From an uncultured bacterium (lineage in GTDB: Bacteria; Acidobacteriota; Thermoanaerobaculia; Multivoradales; JAHZIX01), in NCBI GenBank assembly GCA_965368975.1, contig CBDUPA010000024.1, forward strand, positions 1 through 64,000: a DNA stretch of 64,000 nucleotides. Direction: 5' to 3'. The position numbers were made by a program, and so were the translations under genes. Of this stretch, positions 9,956 to 19,792 are shown piece by piece (within the stretch, counting starts at the first letter, position 1; every line of letters starts with the position of its first letter). The notes under the pieces are model-generated. The model saw only the letters and a program-made list of their open reading frames with translations. It had not been told where the DNA came from and searched no databases.

Positions 9956-11170
9956 TCAGCGTCCCAGCACCTGCCGCAGCAAGTCGACCAGCTGCTGCAC
10001 CGAAGCCTCCGTGTTGCCATGGCCGAAGCTGATGCGCATCGACGCCAGCGCCTGTGCTTCGTCGATGCCCATCTGCCGCAGCGTCGCCGATGGCTGCGGT
10101 GTGCCCGAGTGGCAGGCCGAGCCGGTCGAGATGCACACGCCCAGCTCGTCGAGGGCGTTCATCACATCGAAGCCGCTCATCACGTCGAAGCCTGGCCGCC
10201 CGAGGAAGGCGACGTTGCTGATGTTGGGCAGGCGTGGAACGTCCTGGGCATGGACAGCGAAGGGCGAGAGGGGCTCCAGCGCCGACTCGAAGCCATCGCG
10301 TAGGGCTGCAAGCTTCTTGGTTCGTCCCGGCAGTTCTTCGCGTGCCAGCGCGGCGGCCTCGCCCAGGCCGGCGGTCGCGGCAACGTTCACCGTCGAGGCA
10401 CGCCGCCCACCTTCTTGCCCACCGCCGACCAGATACGGGGTCGGCACATCGGCTCCCGTGCGTGTCCACAGAGCAGCTGCACCCAGCGGGCCGTAGAACT
10501 TGTGGGCGCCGAGCACCAGGTAGTCGACGCCGAGATCCGCGACATCGACCTCGATCTTGCCCACCGCCTGCACCGCGTCGCACAGCAGGGGCACCCCCCG
10601 ATCGCGGCATGCCGCCGCGAGTTCGCGTACCGGCTGCAGAGTACCGATCTCGTTGTTGGCCAGCATCAGGCAGACCAGGCGTGTGTCCGGACGCAGGGCT
10701 TCGATCATCGTCTCTGCCGCCACCACGCCATCGCTGCCGGGAGTCACGCGCGACACCTCGACACCCGCTGTTTCTAGACGGGCGGCAGCGGCGGTGACGG
10801 AGGGATGCTCGAGCGTCGAGACCACGAGGTGTCCCGTGCCCGAAGTGTTGGCATCCCAAGGAGAGAAGCGGTCGAAGATCACGGTGTTGTTGGCTTCGGT
10901 GCCGGAGGCGGTGAACAGCACTTCTTCTGGACGTCCGTGCAGTAGTCGTGCGACTTGCGCTCGCGCCATCTCGACCGCTGCCAGCGCTTGCCGGCCGGCG
11001 CGGTGGGCGGACGAGGTGTTGCCCCAGGCCCCGCCCAGCCAGGGCAGCATGGCGTCGCGCACGCGCGGATGCAACGGCGTCGTGGCGCCGTGATCGAAGT
11101 AGAGTTCGGGGTCGACGCGGGGTGGAGAATCCGCGTCGGTGTGCGGCGAAGTGAAATTTGCGCTGTCCAT
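9956..11170 (-). CDS. iscS: Cysteine desulfurase (NifS/IscS family, PLP-dependent)
   Basis: YFDHGATTP, ANNEIGTLQP, DAVQAVGK, AHKFYGP (PLP Lys) and STGSAC (catalytic Cys). Confidence 0.9.
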   Translation of the reverse strand: MDSANFTSPHTDADSPPRVDPELYFDHGATTPLHPRVRDAMLPWLGGAWGNTSSAHRAGRQALAAVEMARAQVARLLHGRPEEVLFTASGTEANNTVIFDRFSPWDANTSGTGHLVVSTLEHPSVTAAAARLETAGVEVSRVTPGSDGVVAAETMIEALRPDTRLVCLMLANNEIGTLQPVRELAAACRDRGVPLLCDAVQAVGKIEVDVADLGVDYLVLGAHKFYGPLGAAALWTRTGADVPTPYLVGGGQEGGRRASTVNVAATAGLGEAAALAREELPGRTKKLAALRDGFESALEPLSPFAVHAQDVPRLPNISNVAFLGRPGFDVMSGFDVMNALDELGVCISTGSACHSGTPQPSATLRQMGIDEAQALASMRISFGHGNTEASVQQLVDLLRQVLGR

Positions 11171-11273
11171 GGTGTTGTTATTCTACGTGGCCGCAGATCC
11201 TGCGTCTGCCCCAATCGTCTGCCCGAGTTGTATGCCTGAGATCCCATCTTCGACCTTCGCAGCGGAGCCGTCC

Positions 11274-13889
11274 ATGACTCTGACCCGCCGTCTCGTTCTC
11301 CTCCTCGCTGTTCTCTCCCTCCTGCCCGGCCTGCTCGCCAGCCCGGCACACGCCTACTACAAGCGGGCGCATAAGGAACTGATCGAGCAGCAGGCGCCGA
11401 AGTACCAGGAGTTCCTGCTCGAAGTTGAGATGCTGATCTCGGAAGAAGAGTTCGACACCTTCGTCGAGCTGCTGAAGGACTACCAGCGCGATGCTTTCAT
11501 TGACCGCTTCTGGCGCGAGCGCGACCCCTATCCGGAAACCGCGCGCAACGAGTTCCGCGACCGCTGGCAGGAGCGCATCGCCTACGTGCGCAGCAACTTC
11601 GAGCGTATGGACAGCGATCGGGCCCGACTGCTACTGACCAACGGCGAGCCGGCGCAGATCCTCACCTGGGAGCGTTGCAGCACGATCAATCCGGTGCAGA
11701 TCTGGCTCTACGACGGCTCCGAGACGGTGGGCTTCCAATTCGTCCTGGTGTTCGTCAAGCGCGACGGCCGTCCGCCCTACCGCCTGTGGTATCCGTCCGA
11801 TGGTCTGGGGCACATCATCAATACCACGTTGCTCAGTCCGGGCAATGGCCTCGACCTGGGTACCATCTCTCGAGCCTGCCAGGATGGTGACGTCCTGGCG
11901 CGCGCCATCGGCTGGGTGATTGGGCAGGGTGTCACCGGCTGGAACGTGTTGATGACGCGCATCGACAAGGCGCCGGAGCCGGAAGTCAGCGAATGGGTGG
12001 CGACCTTCAACGCCTACTCGACCGACCTGCCGGAAGACGCTGGCACCTTCGACGCCGAGCTCACTCTCGACTTCCCAGGGCGACGCCAGACACGCACCGT
12101 TGTCCAGGGGCTGCTCGAAGTGCCGCCGTCGCAGTTGACGCCGGCCGAACTCGCCGACTACCGCTCCTACAACCTGGTGCTCAACGGTGAAGTCCTGCGT
12201 GACGGTGCGTTGTTCGAGAGCTTCCGCTACAAGTACGATTTCCCTGTCGGTGCCGACGCTGCCGGTGTGGATGCAGCCGCAGCCGACGCAGCCACGGATC
12301 CATCTACCGTTGTCGCCGCCAGCACCGAGACGGTCGCGGGACCCCGGCTGCCGCTCACCTTCCAGCGCCAGCTGCGTCCCGGTGACTACCAGCTGATCCT
12401 CAAGGTCGAGGACATCAACTCGGGCAAGTTTCATCGCGTCGCGCAGGCATTGGTGGTGCCCAAGCTAGAAGGCGAACTGCCGCCGCCCGAGCCCGAGGAT
12501 CCCGAGGATGCGGCGCTGCTGCGCGAGGCCTACGAAGTGATCGCGTCCGGGGAGACGACGATCCGACTCGTGCGCCCCACCGGCACCCTGCAAGCGGGCT
12601 TGCTGCGTCTGGAGACCCTGACCACCGGCAAGGCCTTCGACAAGGTCACCTTCTTCCTCGACGGAAAGCCGATCTTGTCCAAGCGCCGTCCACCCTACAG
12701 CGTCGAACTAGACCTGGGCCACCTGCCGCGCACGCGCACCTTGCGTGTCGTTGGCTACGACGCCGCGGGTGACGAGATGGCCAGCGACGAAATGTTGGTC
12801 AACTCGGGTGGCCATCGCTTCGCCGTGCGCCTCGTCGAACCGCGCAAGGGCAAGACCTACGAGCGTAGCCTGCAGGCGCGCGCCGAGATCACGGTGCCCG
12901 AGGGCGAAGTGGTCGAGCGGGTCGAGATCTTCCTCGGCGAGACCAAGCTGGCGACGCTCTACCAGGAGCCCTTTACCCACACCATCTTGCTGCCGGAACC
13001 CGGGCAAACCAACTACGTGCGCGCCGTTGCCTACCTGCCGGACGGCAACGCCACCGAGGACGTCGCCTTCGTCAACGCTCCCGACTACCTGGAAGAAGTC
13101 GACGTCCAGTTCGTCGAGCTCTACACTACCGTGCTCGATCGCTCGGATCGCCCCGTCCAGGGCCTGACCCAGGACGACTTCGAGGTGTCGGAGGACGGCG
13201 TGCCGCAGACCCTGGTGCGCTTCGACCAGGTCTCTGATCGTCCCTTCCACGCTGCCATTCTGCTCGATGTCTCGGCGTCGATGGACGGCAGCATGAGCGA
13301 GGTCCAGGAAGCCGCCCTCGGCTTCTTCCAGAACGCCGTTTCCCCCAAAGATCGCGCCACCCTGATCACCTTCAACGACCGGCCGCACCTGGCGGTCAAG
13401 TTCACCAACGACACCACCCGCCTGGCTGGTGGCTTGGCCGGTCTCAAAGCCGAGCGTGGCACATCGCTCTACGACAGCCTGATCTTCAGCCTCTATTACT
13501 TCAACGGTATTCGTGGCCAGAAGGCGATCCTGGTGCTCTCGGATGGAAAAGATGAGAGTAGCCGCTTCGAGTTCGAGGATGCCCTCGAGTACGCCCGCCG
13601 TGCCGGTGTCACCCTCTACGCCATCGGCATGAGCGAGGCCGCCGACGATCGTGACTCGCGCAAACGTCTGTCCGAACTGGCCGAAGAGACCGGCGGCCGT
13701 GCCTTCTTCATCGACAGCGCCGCGGAGCTGGGCGCCATCTACACCACCATTCAAGAAGAGCTGCGCTCGCAGTACCTGTTGGCCTACCAGTCGTCGAATA
13801 CCGGGGGCGAAAGCAGCTTCCGTGAGATCGAGGTCGAGCTGAGCCGTTCCGGGCTGGCAGCCAAGACCCTGCGCGGGTATTATCCCTGA
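11274..13889 (+). CDS. GWxTD-like domain + Ig + VWA domain exported protein
   Basis: Signal peptide ending AHA; FIDRFWRERDPYPETARNEF GWxTD-type motif; VWA MIDAS DVSASM, LSDGKD, ETGGRAF, ELRSQY. GGAG before ATG 11274. Confidence 0.85.
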   Translation: MTLTRRLVLLLAVLSLLPGLLASPAHAYYKRAHKELIEQQAPKYQEFLLEVEMLISEEEFDTFVELLKDYQRDAFIDRFWRERDPYPETARNEFRDRWQERIAYVRSNFERMDSDRARLLLTNGEPAQILTWERCSTINPVQIWLYDGSETVGFQFVLVFVKRDGRPPYRLWYPSDGLGHIINTTLLSPGNGLDLGTISRACQDGDVLARAIGWVIGQGVTGWNVLMTRIDKAPEPEVSEWVATFNAYSTDLPEDAGTFDAELTLDFPGRRQTRTVVQGLLEVPPSQLTPAELADYRSYNLVLNGEVLRDGALFESFRYKYDFPVGADAAGVDAAAADAATDPSTVVAASTETVAGPRLPLTFQRQLRPGDYQLILKVEDINSGKFHRVAQALVVPKLEGELPPPEPEDPEDAALLREAYEVIASGETTIRLVRPTGTLQAGLLRLETLTTGKAFDKVTFFLDGKPILSKRRPPYSVELDLGHLPRTRTLRVVGYDAAGDEMASDEMLVNSGGHRFAVRLVEPRKGKTYERSLQARAEITVPEGEVVERVEIFLGETKLATLYQEPFTHTILLPEPGQTNYVRAVAYLPDGNATEDVAFVNAPDYLEEVDVQFVELYTTVLDRSDRPVQGLTQDDFEVSEDGVPQTLVRFDQVSDRPFHAAILLDVSASMDGSMSEVQEAALGFFQNAVSPKDRATLITFNDRPHLAVKFTNDTTRLAGGLAGLKAERGTSLYDSLIFSLYYFNGIRGQKAILVLSDGKDESSRFEFEDALEYARRAGVTLYAIGMSEAADDRDSRKRLSELAEETGGRAFFIDSAAELGAIYTTIQEELRSQYLLAYQSSNTGGESSFREIEVELSRSGLAAKTLRGYYP

Positions 13890-13977
13890 GGTCGAACCGT
13901 GCCGGGCAGCGCACGATCTCATGATCGTCGAAGCGAAGTCCGAGCAGGATTGGATGAACTTCAGGAGGAAGAATCGT

Positions 13978-14925
13978 ATGGCGGTCAGACACGTCTTGTC
14001 GTTGGCGGAGGTCGGCACCGAAGCTGTCGCCCAATTGGTTCGACGCTCGGTGCAGTTCGGTGCTGGCCAGGCCAAGGATCGGCCCCTGTCCGGCCGCGTC
14101 GTCGGCATCTATTTCCGTGGTACCTCGACGCGCACGCGCACCTCCTTCTCGGCCGCCGCCTTGAAGCTGGGTGGGCAGATCATTTCCTATGGTCCCAAGG
14201 ACCTGCAACTGGTCACCGGTGAAACGCTCGCCGACACGGGGCGGGTGCTGTCCGGCTACCTCGACGCTCTGGTCATCCGGACCAACGAGAGCATGGAAGA
14301 GATGCAGATCCTGGCCGATCAGCCGCGCATGGCAGTGGTCAACGCCATGAACGAGGCCGAGCACCCGACACAGGCTCTAGCCGATCTCTCGACCCTGCTC
14401 GAACACTTCGGACGGCTCGAGGGCCTGCACGTGCTCTATGTCGGCGAGGGCAACAACTCCGCCGCCGCCCTCGCCCTGGCCACCGCCCTCACTCCGGGTA
14501 TGCGCCTGACGCTGGTGACCCCCGAAGGCTTCGGCGTTCCCGAGGACTATCTCTCGCGCGCGCAGGAGCTGGCCAAGACCAACGGCGCCTCCGTCGAGCA
14601 CCACCACCGCGTCGATGATCTACCGAAGGGAGTCGACGCCGTCTACGCCACGCGCTGGCAAACCATGGGCGTGGCCAAGAACGTCGACAACTGGAAGCCC
14701 CTCTTTCGTCCGCTGTGCGTCACCCCTGAACTGATGGACCGGGTCTCCAAGCCAGGAGGCAACGGCACCGTTTTTTTGCACGACCTACCCGCCGTGCGTG
14801 GCGAAGACGTCACCGACGAAGTCCTCGACGGCCCCCGCAGCCTCGCCTGGCGTCAGGCCGAACACAAGATGTTCAGCGCCATGGCTGTGTTGGAGTGGTG
14901 CCTCGAAGAGGCACCACTCCGCTAA
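13978..14925 (+). CDS. Ornithine carbamoyltransferase-family transcarbamylase, HDLP/TRWQTMG variant
   Basis: STRTR, HPTQALAD, GEGNN; HDLP replaces HCLP and TRWQTMG replaces DxWxSMG. AGGAGG before ATG 13978. Confidence 0.85.
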   Translation: MAVRHVLSLAEVGTEAVAQLVRRSVQFGAGQAKDRPLSGRVVGIYFRGTSTRTRTSFSAAALKLGGQIISYGPKDLQLVTGETLADTGRVLSGYLDALVIRTNESMEEMQILADQPRMAVVNAMNEAEHPTQALADLSTLLEHFGRLEGLHVLYVGEGNNSAAALALATALTPGMRLTLVTPEGFGVPEDYLSRAQELAKTNGASVEHHHRVDDLPKGVDAVYATRWQTMGVAKNVDNWKPLFRPLCVTPELMDRVSKPGGNGTVFLHDLPAVRGEDVTDEVLDGPRSLAWRQAEHKMFSAMAVLEWCLEEAPLR

Positions 14926-14997
14926 TCGCGCCCACCGCGCCCGGAGGGGCGTGTCGGCCAAATGTGGCCGTCGGTCTCTTCCGCGGAAACCTGGTGC

Positions 14998-15354
14998 CTA
15001 CTCGAGGTCACACTGGTCCAGCTGGAAGTGCAATTCCCCCAGCCGGAAGCACTGGATGTCGTTGAACAGCGGCACCGTGTGGACGATCGCGACAATCCTG
15101 TCGCCCGGCCGGGCGTTGACCTGAATCGAGCTGCCCTCGTCCGTGATCATGCCGTGCGCCTGCGGCACGCCGTTCACCAGCAAGACTGCCACGGCGCCCG
15201 TGTTCGGGCACAGACTGCTCTCGCCCCGACGCAAGACCATGATGATCTCGAGCTGCCCTGTGACCTCGTGCGTCACCAACCGCGCCGAGCCTGATTCGCC
15301 GACACAGCCAGTCGCGACCGTCTTGCAGAGTCCGGATGCTTGGGTGCTTGCCAT
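14998..15354 (-). CDS. Small hypothetical beta-rich protein
   Basis: AAGGAG RBS, GC3-rich codons, 118 aa, five Cys. Confidence 0.6.
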   Translation of the reverse strand: MASTQASGLCKTVATGCVGESGSARLVTHEVTGQLEIIMVLRRGESSLCPNTGAVAVLLVNGVPQAHGMITDEGSSIQVNARPGDRIVAIVHTVPLFNDIQCFRLGELHFQLDQCDLE

Positions 15355-15552
15355 GTGAAGTCTCCTTGGAAGGTGTGAGTTGGGTGTTCACTGGAGATCT
15401 GTCGCGAGGGTTCCGGATCTCTCACCTGCGAGCCAAGATATTGCTCAGTACCGCGTGACCGTCGGCGTGGGCTTGGATCGCGTTGGGACTGGAAGCGGGT
15501 GTCGCGCTGGTGCTGGGATGCCTCCCTCCGGTCGCTGTGCCGTGTCAGGAGG

Positions 15553-16647
15553 TCACAGCATTGCCGTCAGCAGCCGGTGGAAGTGGTGGACTCCGGCTTC
15601 GCGCTTGGGGGAGTAGCGGCCGGCGGTGTAGAGGCGCGAGCCGGCGCCTCGGTGGACCTGCTCGACGATTTCTTCGTCCTCGCGCTCGACGCGATCGAGG
15701 CCGGCACCGGCACCTCGATCGAGGCGACTCGGATCCCACACATACGTGCGGAAGCTGACCTTGGTGCGGTCGACGGCCAGGGGGTGCACGACGTTGGTCG
15801 AGATGCCCCAGGGATAGACGTTGACCATCAGGTTCGGGAACAGCCAGTAGTAGTAGGCGGCTACCGGCTTGAGCTGGCCGCTGGCGTCGGTTTCCTGGAT
15901 GCCGTCGAAGGCTTCCTCGCCGTCGCCAGCGATGCCGAGCTGCAGGTTGGCCCAAGGATAGAGCTCGCTCTGGTAGTTGTTGTAGTCGAGCACCGCGTTG
16001 AGGCTGGAGTGGACGTAGGGGATGTGGAAGCCTTCGAGGTAGTTGTCGCAGTAGAGGGCCCAGTGGGCCGTCACCAGGTAGTCACGTGAGCGGCCCGGGT
16101 CGAAGACCAACTGCTCCATCGGCGCCCAGTGCAGGCGCTGGCGTAGCGGCGCGAGCAGGTCGTCGAGCGGGAAGGCGGGGTCGAGGCTGACGAAGGTGAA
16201 GGGCCCCCAGCTGCCGAAGGCGACCTCGGGCAGGTTGTCGGCGGCGCACGGGAAGCCCTCGACGTCCTCGAACTCGGGCATGTGCTGGCAGGCGCCGTCG
16301 AGGCCGAAGCGGCGGCCATGGTAGCGGCAGCGCAGGTAGCGTGCCTTGCCCGGAGCCTCGACGACGAGGTTGGCGCGGTGGGTGCAAACGTTGGACAGGC
16401 AGTGCAACTGGTCGTCGCCGTCGCGGGTCAGCAGCAGCGGCTCGTCGAGGAAGCCTTCGAGCAGGGTGAAGGGATGCGCCTGACCGGGGGTGCGCAGCTG
16501 CGGCAGGTCGGGGCCGAAGTGCCAGCTGCGGGCGAAGACGCGCTCACGCAACTGTTCGAAGACGGTAGCGTCGCGGTAGAAGCTTCCCGGTAGCGTCGAG
16601 GCACGGCGGATGTCGGGGTCGATGGTCGGTGTGGTGGGCGGGGGCAT
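15553..16647 (-). CDS. Rieske 2Fe-2S ring-hydroxylating oxygenase alpha subunit (choline monooxygenase-like)
   Basis: CTHR and CRYHG Rieske ligands; DNYLEGFHIPYVH mononuclear Fe site; ED near C-terminus. Confidence 0.9.
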   Translation of the reverse strand: MPPPTTPTIDPDIRRASTLPGSFYRDATVFEQLRERVFARSWHFGPDLPQLRTPGQAHPFTLLEGFLDEPLLLTRDGDDQLHCLSNVCTHRANLVVEAPGKARYLRCRYHGRRFGLDGACQHMPEFEDVEGFPCAADNLPEVAFGSWGPFTFVSLDPAFPLDDLLAPLRQRLHWAPMEQLVFDPGRSRDYLVTAHWALYCDNYLEGFHIPYVHSSLNAVLDYNNYQSELYPWANLQLGIAGDGEEAFDGIQETDASGQLKPVAAYYYWLFPNLMVNVYPWGISTNVVHPLAVDRTKVSFRTYVWDPSRLDRGAGAGLDRVEREDEEIVEQVHRGAGSRLYTAGRYSPKREAGVHHFHRLLTAML

Positions 16648-16679
16648 AGTCGTCCTCTGTGCTCGAGCTGGGGCGGCGT

Positions 16680-17978
16680 TCAGACCGGCCCGGCCCCGCG
16701 TAGCAGGCTGCGCAGTTCGTCAGGGTGGTTGGCGCGCAGGAAGGCTTCTTCGTCGTGCAGATCGCCGCGCTGCACCAGCTGGGCCAGGGACGCTTCCAGG
16801 GACTGGCTGCCGTGTCGACGGCCGACGGTCAGTTCGGTCTGGATGTTCTGCAGGTTGTCCTTGCGGATGTGGTTGCGCACCGCGTAGTTGGCCACCAGCA
16901 TTTCGACTGCGGGCCGGCGGCCACCGCCGGGGCGGGGTACCAGCTGCTGGCAGACGACGGCATTCAGGCACAGTGCCAGCTGGTGGCGAATCTGTGCCTG
17001 CTGACCGGCGGGGAAGACGTCGACGATGCGGTGGACGGCCTGGGCGACGTCGTTGGTGTGCAGGGTGGAGAGGATCAGGTGGCCGGTTTCGGCGGCGGTC
17101 AGAGCGGTGGCGATGGTCTCGAGGTCGCGCATCTCACCGACCAGGATGACATCCGGATCCTGGCGCAGGCAGGCACGCAGGGCACCGGCGAAGTTACCGG
17201 CGTCGATGCCGATCTCGATTTGCTCGACGATGGCGCGCAGGTTGGCGTGCTCGTACTCGATCGGGTCTTCGATGGTCAGGATGTGTGCCTCGCGGCTGCG
17301 GTTGATCTCGTGCACGAGGGCGGCCAGGGTCGAGGTCTTACCGGCACCGGTCGGACCGCAGATCAGCACCAGGCCGCGCAGCTTCTTGACCAGCTCGGCC
17401 ATCGCCGGTGGCAGGTGAAGTTGGTCCAGCGTTGGCACTTCGGGCGGTAGGGCTCGCAGCGTGGCGGCCAGGCGTCCGCGCTGGCGGTGCACGTTGACGC
17501 GGAAGCGACGGCGCTCGGGGCTGCCTTGCTTGCCACTCTCGAGGGTGGCAGAGGCGTCTTCGAGGCTGCAGGCGAGCGCGAAGTCGGCGGCGCCGTGTTC
17601 GCGCAGCTGGTGGCGCAGGCGCTGGCTCAAGTGCGGCGCGAACAGCTCATCGACGCCGTCGCCTTCGAGGCGCGGCCGTTCGCTGCGCTGCAGCCGACCG
17701 TCGATGCGCAGCACTGGTGGTTCACTTGCCACCAGTAGCAGGTCGCTGGCACCCCGCCGCACCATGTCGCGCAGCAGCGGAAACAGGGGGGAGTCCGGCT
17801 GCAGGTGGTGCAAACGCGGTGGGTCGAGCGGCGGCGTCGCTGCAACGGTGGTGGACGTCTGTGGGGCCACGGGGCTCTCCACATCGGCGTCTTGTGCACC
17901 GGCTTCCAGCGTGGAGGACCGTCGGTTGAGTTCGGCGACCAGGGCGTCGAGGCTGGTATCGCGGATCAGATCAGGCAT
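16680..17978 (-). CDS. pilT: PilT/PilU family type IV pilus retraction ATPase
   Basis: GPTGAGKT, TIEDPIEY, LRQDPDVILVGEMRD, AETGHLILSTLHT. Confidence 0.9.
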   Translation of the reverse strand: MPDLIRDTSLDALVAELNRRSSTLEAGAQDADVESPVAPQTSTTVAATPPLDPPRLHHLQPDSPLFPLLRDMVRRGASDLLLVASEPPVLRIDGRLQRSERPRLEGDGVDELFAPHLSQRLRHQLREHGAADFALACSLEDASATLESGKQGSPERRRFRVNVHRQRGRLAATLRALPPEVPTLDQLHLPPAMAELVKKLRGLVLICGPTGAGKTSTLAALVHEINRSREAHILTIEDPIEYEHANLRAIVEQIEIGIDAGNFAGALRACLRQDPDVILVGEMRDLETIATALTAAETGHLILSTLHTNDVAQAVHRIVDVFPAGQQAQIRHQLALCLNAVVCQQLVPRPGGGRRPAVEMLVANYAVRNHIRKDNLQNIQTELTVGRRHGSQSLEASLAQLVQRGDLHDEEAFLRANHPDELRSLLRGAGPV

Positions 17979-18037
17979 GGTCTTGAGTCTACGGCCCTGG
18001 CTGGGGCCTTGTCACAGCTCGCCGTCACAACTCGCCG

Positions 18038-18847
18038 TCATAGCTCGATCACGCGCACCTGCCGGCGTTGCCAGTGTGCCTCGACCAGCGTCATGGTGAG
18101 GTCGCTGTCGCTGTCGTAGCGGCGATCGGGGATGCTGCGGCAGCGAATGGTGAAGGTCGTGCTGCCGGCGAGCGGGAACGGGGAAATGGCGAGCGTGTCG
18201 CCGTCGATCCGGAAGCGTGTGCCGTGACGCTCGATCTCGTGCGACCACTTGCCGAGACCACCGCTGCAGAGTGCCAGCGACATCAGGTCGGTCAGCTCCA
18301 GCCACACGTAGTCCGCGCGCACCTCGTCGAGCACCAGCTGGCGTGCTTCCTGGGCGTCGGCGTCGAGGTCTGTCTTCGCCCCTTCTGCGGCCGGCTCGAT
18401 GCCGGCCACGCGGTCGAGCAGGGCGTCGTAGCGCGGGTCGAGGGCAGCGAAGAAGTCGTGGTAGGCGTCGTCCTGGCGTTCAGGAGTGTGCAAGCAGAGT
18501 GTGTGGTGCGCGATCAGCAGCGCGGCATAGGGGTGCTCGTCGGCGAATCGGTCCACCGCGCGCGCCCACAGCTCGGCACGCTCGTTCGTGGGATAAGTGT
18601 GTACGTTGTAGGGCACACCCGTGGCCGGGTCGACGCTGGGGGCGGCGTCCGGTTCGCGCCAGCCGTTGTCGTGCTCGCGTACCGCGAACAGCAGTTCGGC
18701 GCGTCGCGGATGCTCGGGCAGACCGTCGCGGCGCCACAGGGATAGCAGCTCGGCGGCGAAGACCGCGTGCTCTGGTTGAGTGGTGAAAACCAGCTGCGCG
18801 GTAGCAGGAAAGTCCGGGCGTGTCGCAGCGACCCTGTAGAAGATCAT
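18038..18847 (-). CDS. DUF3891-like protein
   Basis: QPEHA...W...HDNGW...D..P and PYAALLIAHH motifs; start uncertain. Confidence 0.7.
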   Translation of the reverse strand: MIFYRVAATRPDFPATAQLVFTTQPEHAVFAAELLSLWRRDGLPEHPRRAELLFAVREHDNGWREPDAAPSVDPATGVPYNVHTYPTNERAELWARAVDRFADEHPYAALLIAHHTLCLHTPERQDDAYHDFFAALDPRYDALLDRVAGIEPAAEGAKTDLDADAQEARQLVLDEVRADYVWLELTDLMSLALCSGGLGKWSHEIERHGTRFRIDGDTLAISPFPLAGSTTFTIRCRSIPDRRYDSDSDLTMTLVEAHWQRRQVRVIEL

Positions 18848-19115
18848 GTGCAAAAGCTCGGAATCGTTCGGCGGGGCTTCGAATCCATCGCGCTTTACGT
18901 TAGCATCTATCGTCGAATGGACTCTCGAGTGAGTTCGCCGAAGTTCCTTCGGTCGAACTGTCCCGCCAGGGTTCATTCCCGGCACTAGAGAAGTTGGTGC
19001 CCGGTGTGTGCGCGCAGCTGTCGAGACAACAGACCTCGGTGTGCGGATCTCCGGGTTGAAAAACTACCGAACCGATTACCAGCCCCGCGCAGCGGCGGTC
19101 ATAGGAGGACTGAAA

Positions 19116-19367
19116 ATGGCCTGGGATGAGGAAGAGGACGACAAGACAATCTATCGTGTGGTGATCAACCACGAAGAGCAGTATTCCATCTGGCCCGCGG
19201 ATCGTGAGCTGCCTCTGGGGTGGAACGACGCTGGCAAGAGCGGCACCAAGCAGGAGTGCTTGGATCACATCGAAGAGGTGTGGACCGACATGCGCCCGCT
19301 CAGCTTGCGCAAGAAGATGGCAGAAGATGAGAAACGCCGCGCCGCTGAAGCTGCGCAGGAAAACTGA
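19116..19367 (+). CDS. mbtH: MbtH-like protein
   Basis: [10 protein letters not shown]...P.GW...[17 protein letters not shown] signature; AGGAGG RBS before ATG 19116. Confidence 0.95.
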   Translation: MAWDEEEDDKTIYRVVINHEEQYSIWPADRELPLGWNDAGKSGTKQECLDHIEEVWTDMRPLSLRKKMAEDEKRRAAEAAQEN

Positions 19368-19378
19368 GTGAGTTCACG

Positions 19379-19684
19379 ATGAGAAAATACAGTAAGGCCT
19401 ACTACCTGAAGGACCTGCGGGCCTTCCCGAACTGGAAGGAACTGGACCGCGAGGACAAGGACGAACTCAACGACGAGAGCATCGTCTATGTGCAGGACAA
19501 CCTGACCGTCGTGGTTGACGTCTTCAACGAGGAGGATTACCTCTACAACGACGTCAGCGACGATTGGAAGGCTTTCTGCAAGGACAAGCTCGAATTCGAG
19601 ATCCCGGAAGACCTGCGCTATGCCTACGAGGAAGACGAAGAGGGTGGCGCGTCCGAAGGGAGTTCCGAGGGCGACGCCAACTGA
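19379..19684 (+). CDS. Small acidic hypothetical protein co-transcribed with mbtH
   Basis: 11 bp after mbtH; strong coding bias; YSKAYYLKDLRAFPNW...W..FC...L.FEIP. Confidence 0.8.
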   Translation: MRKYSKAYYLKDLRAFPNWKELDREDKDELNDESIVYVQDNLTVVVDVFNEEDYLYNDVSDDWKAFCKDKLEFEIPEDLRYAYEEDEEGGASEGSSEGDAN

Positions 19685-19723
19685 GGCGTCCAGCGGACGA
19701 GCGTCTCGTGAGAGTTCGCCGTC

Positions 19724-19769
19724 GAAGCCTCCCCTCCCGGACCTGGGAGCGGGAGGCTTCTTGCTTTTT
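19724..19769 (+). terminator. Rho-independent terminator
   Basis: gaagcctccc...gggaggcttc stem followed by ttgcttttt. Confidence 0.8.
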
Positions 19770-19792
19770 CGGGGTACTCGAGGACTGAAACC

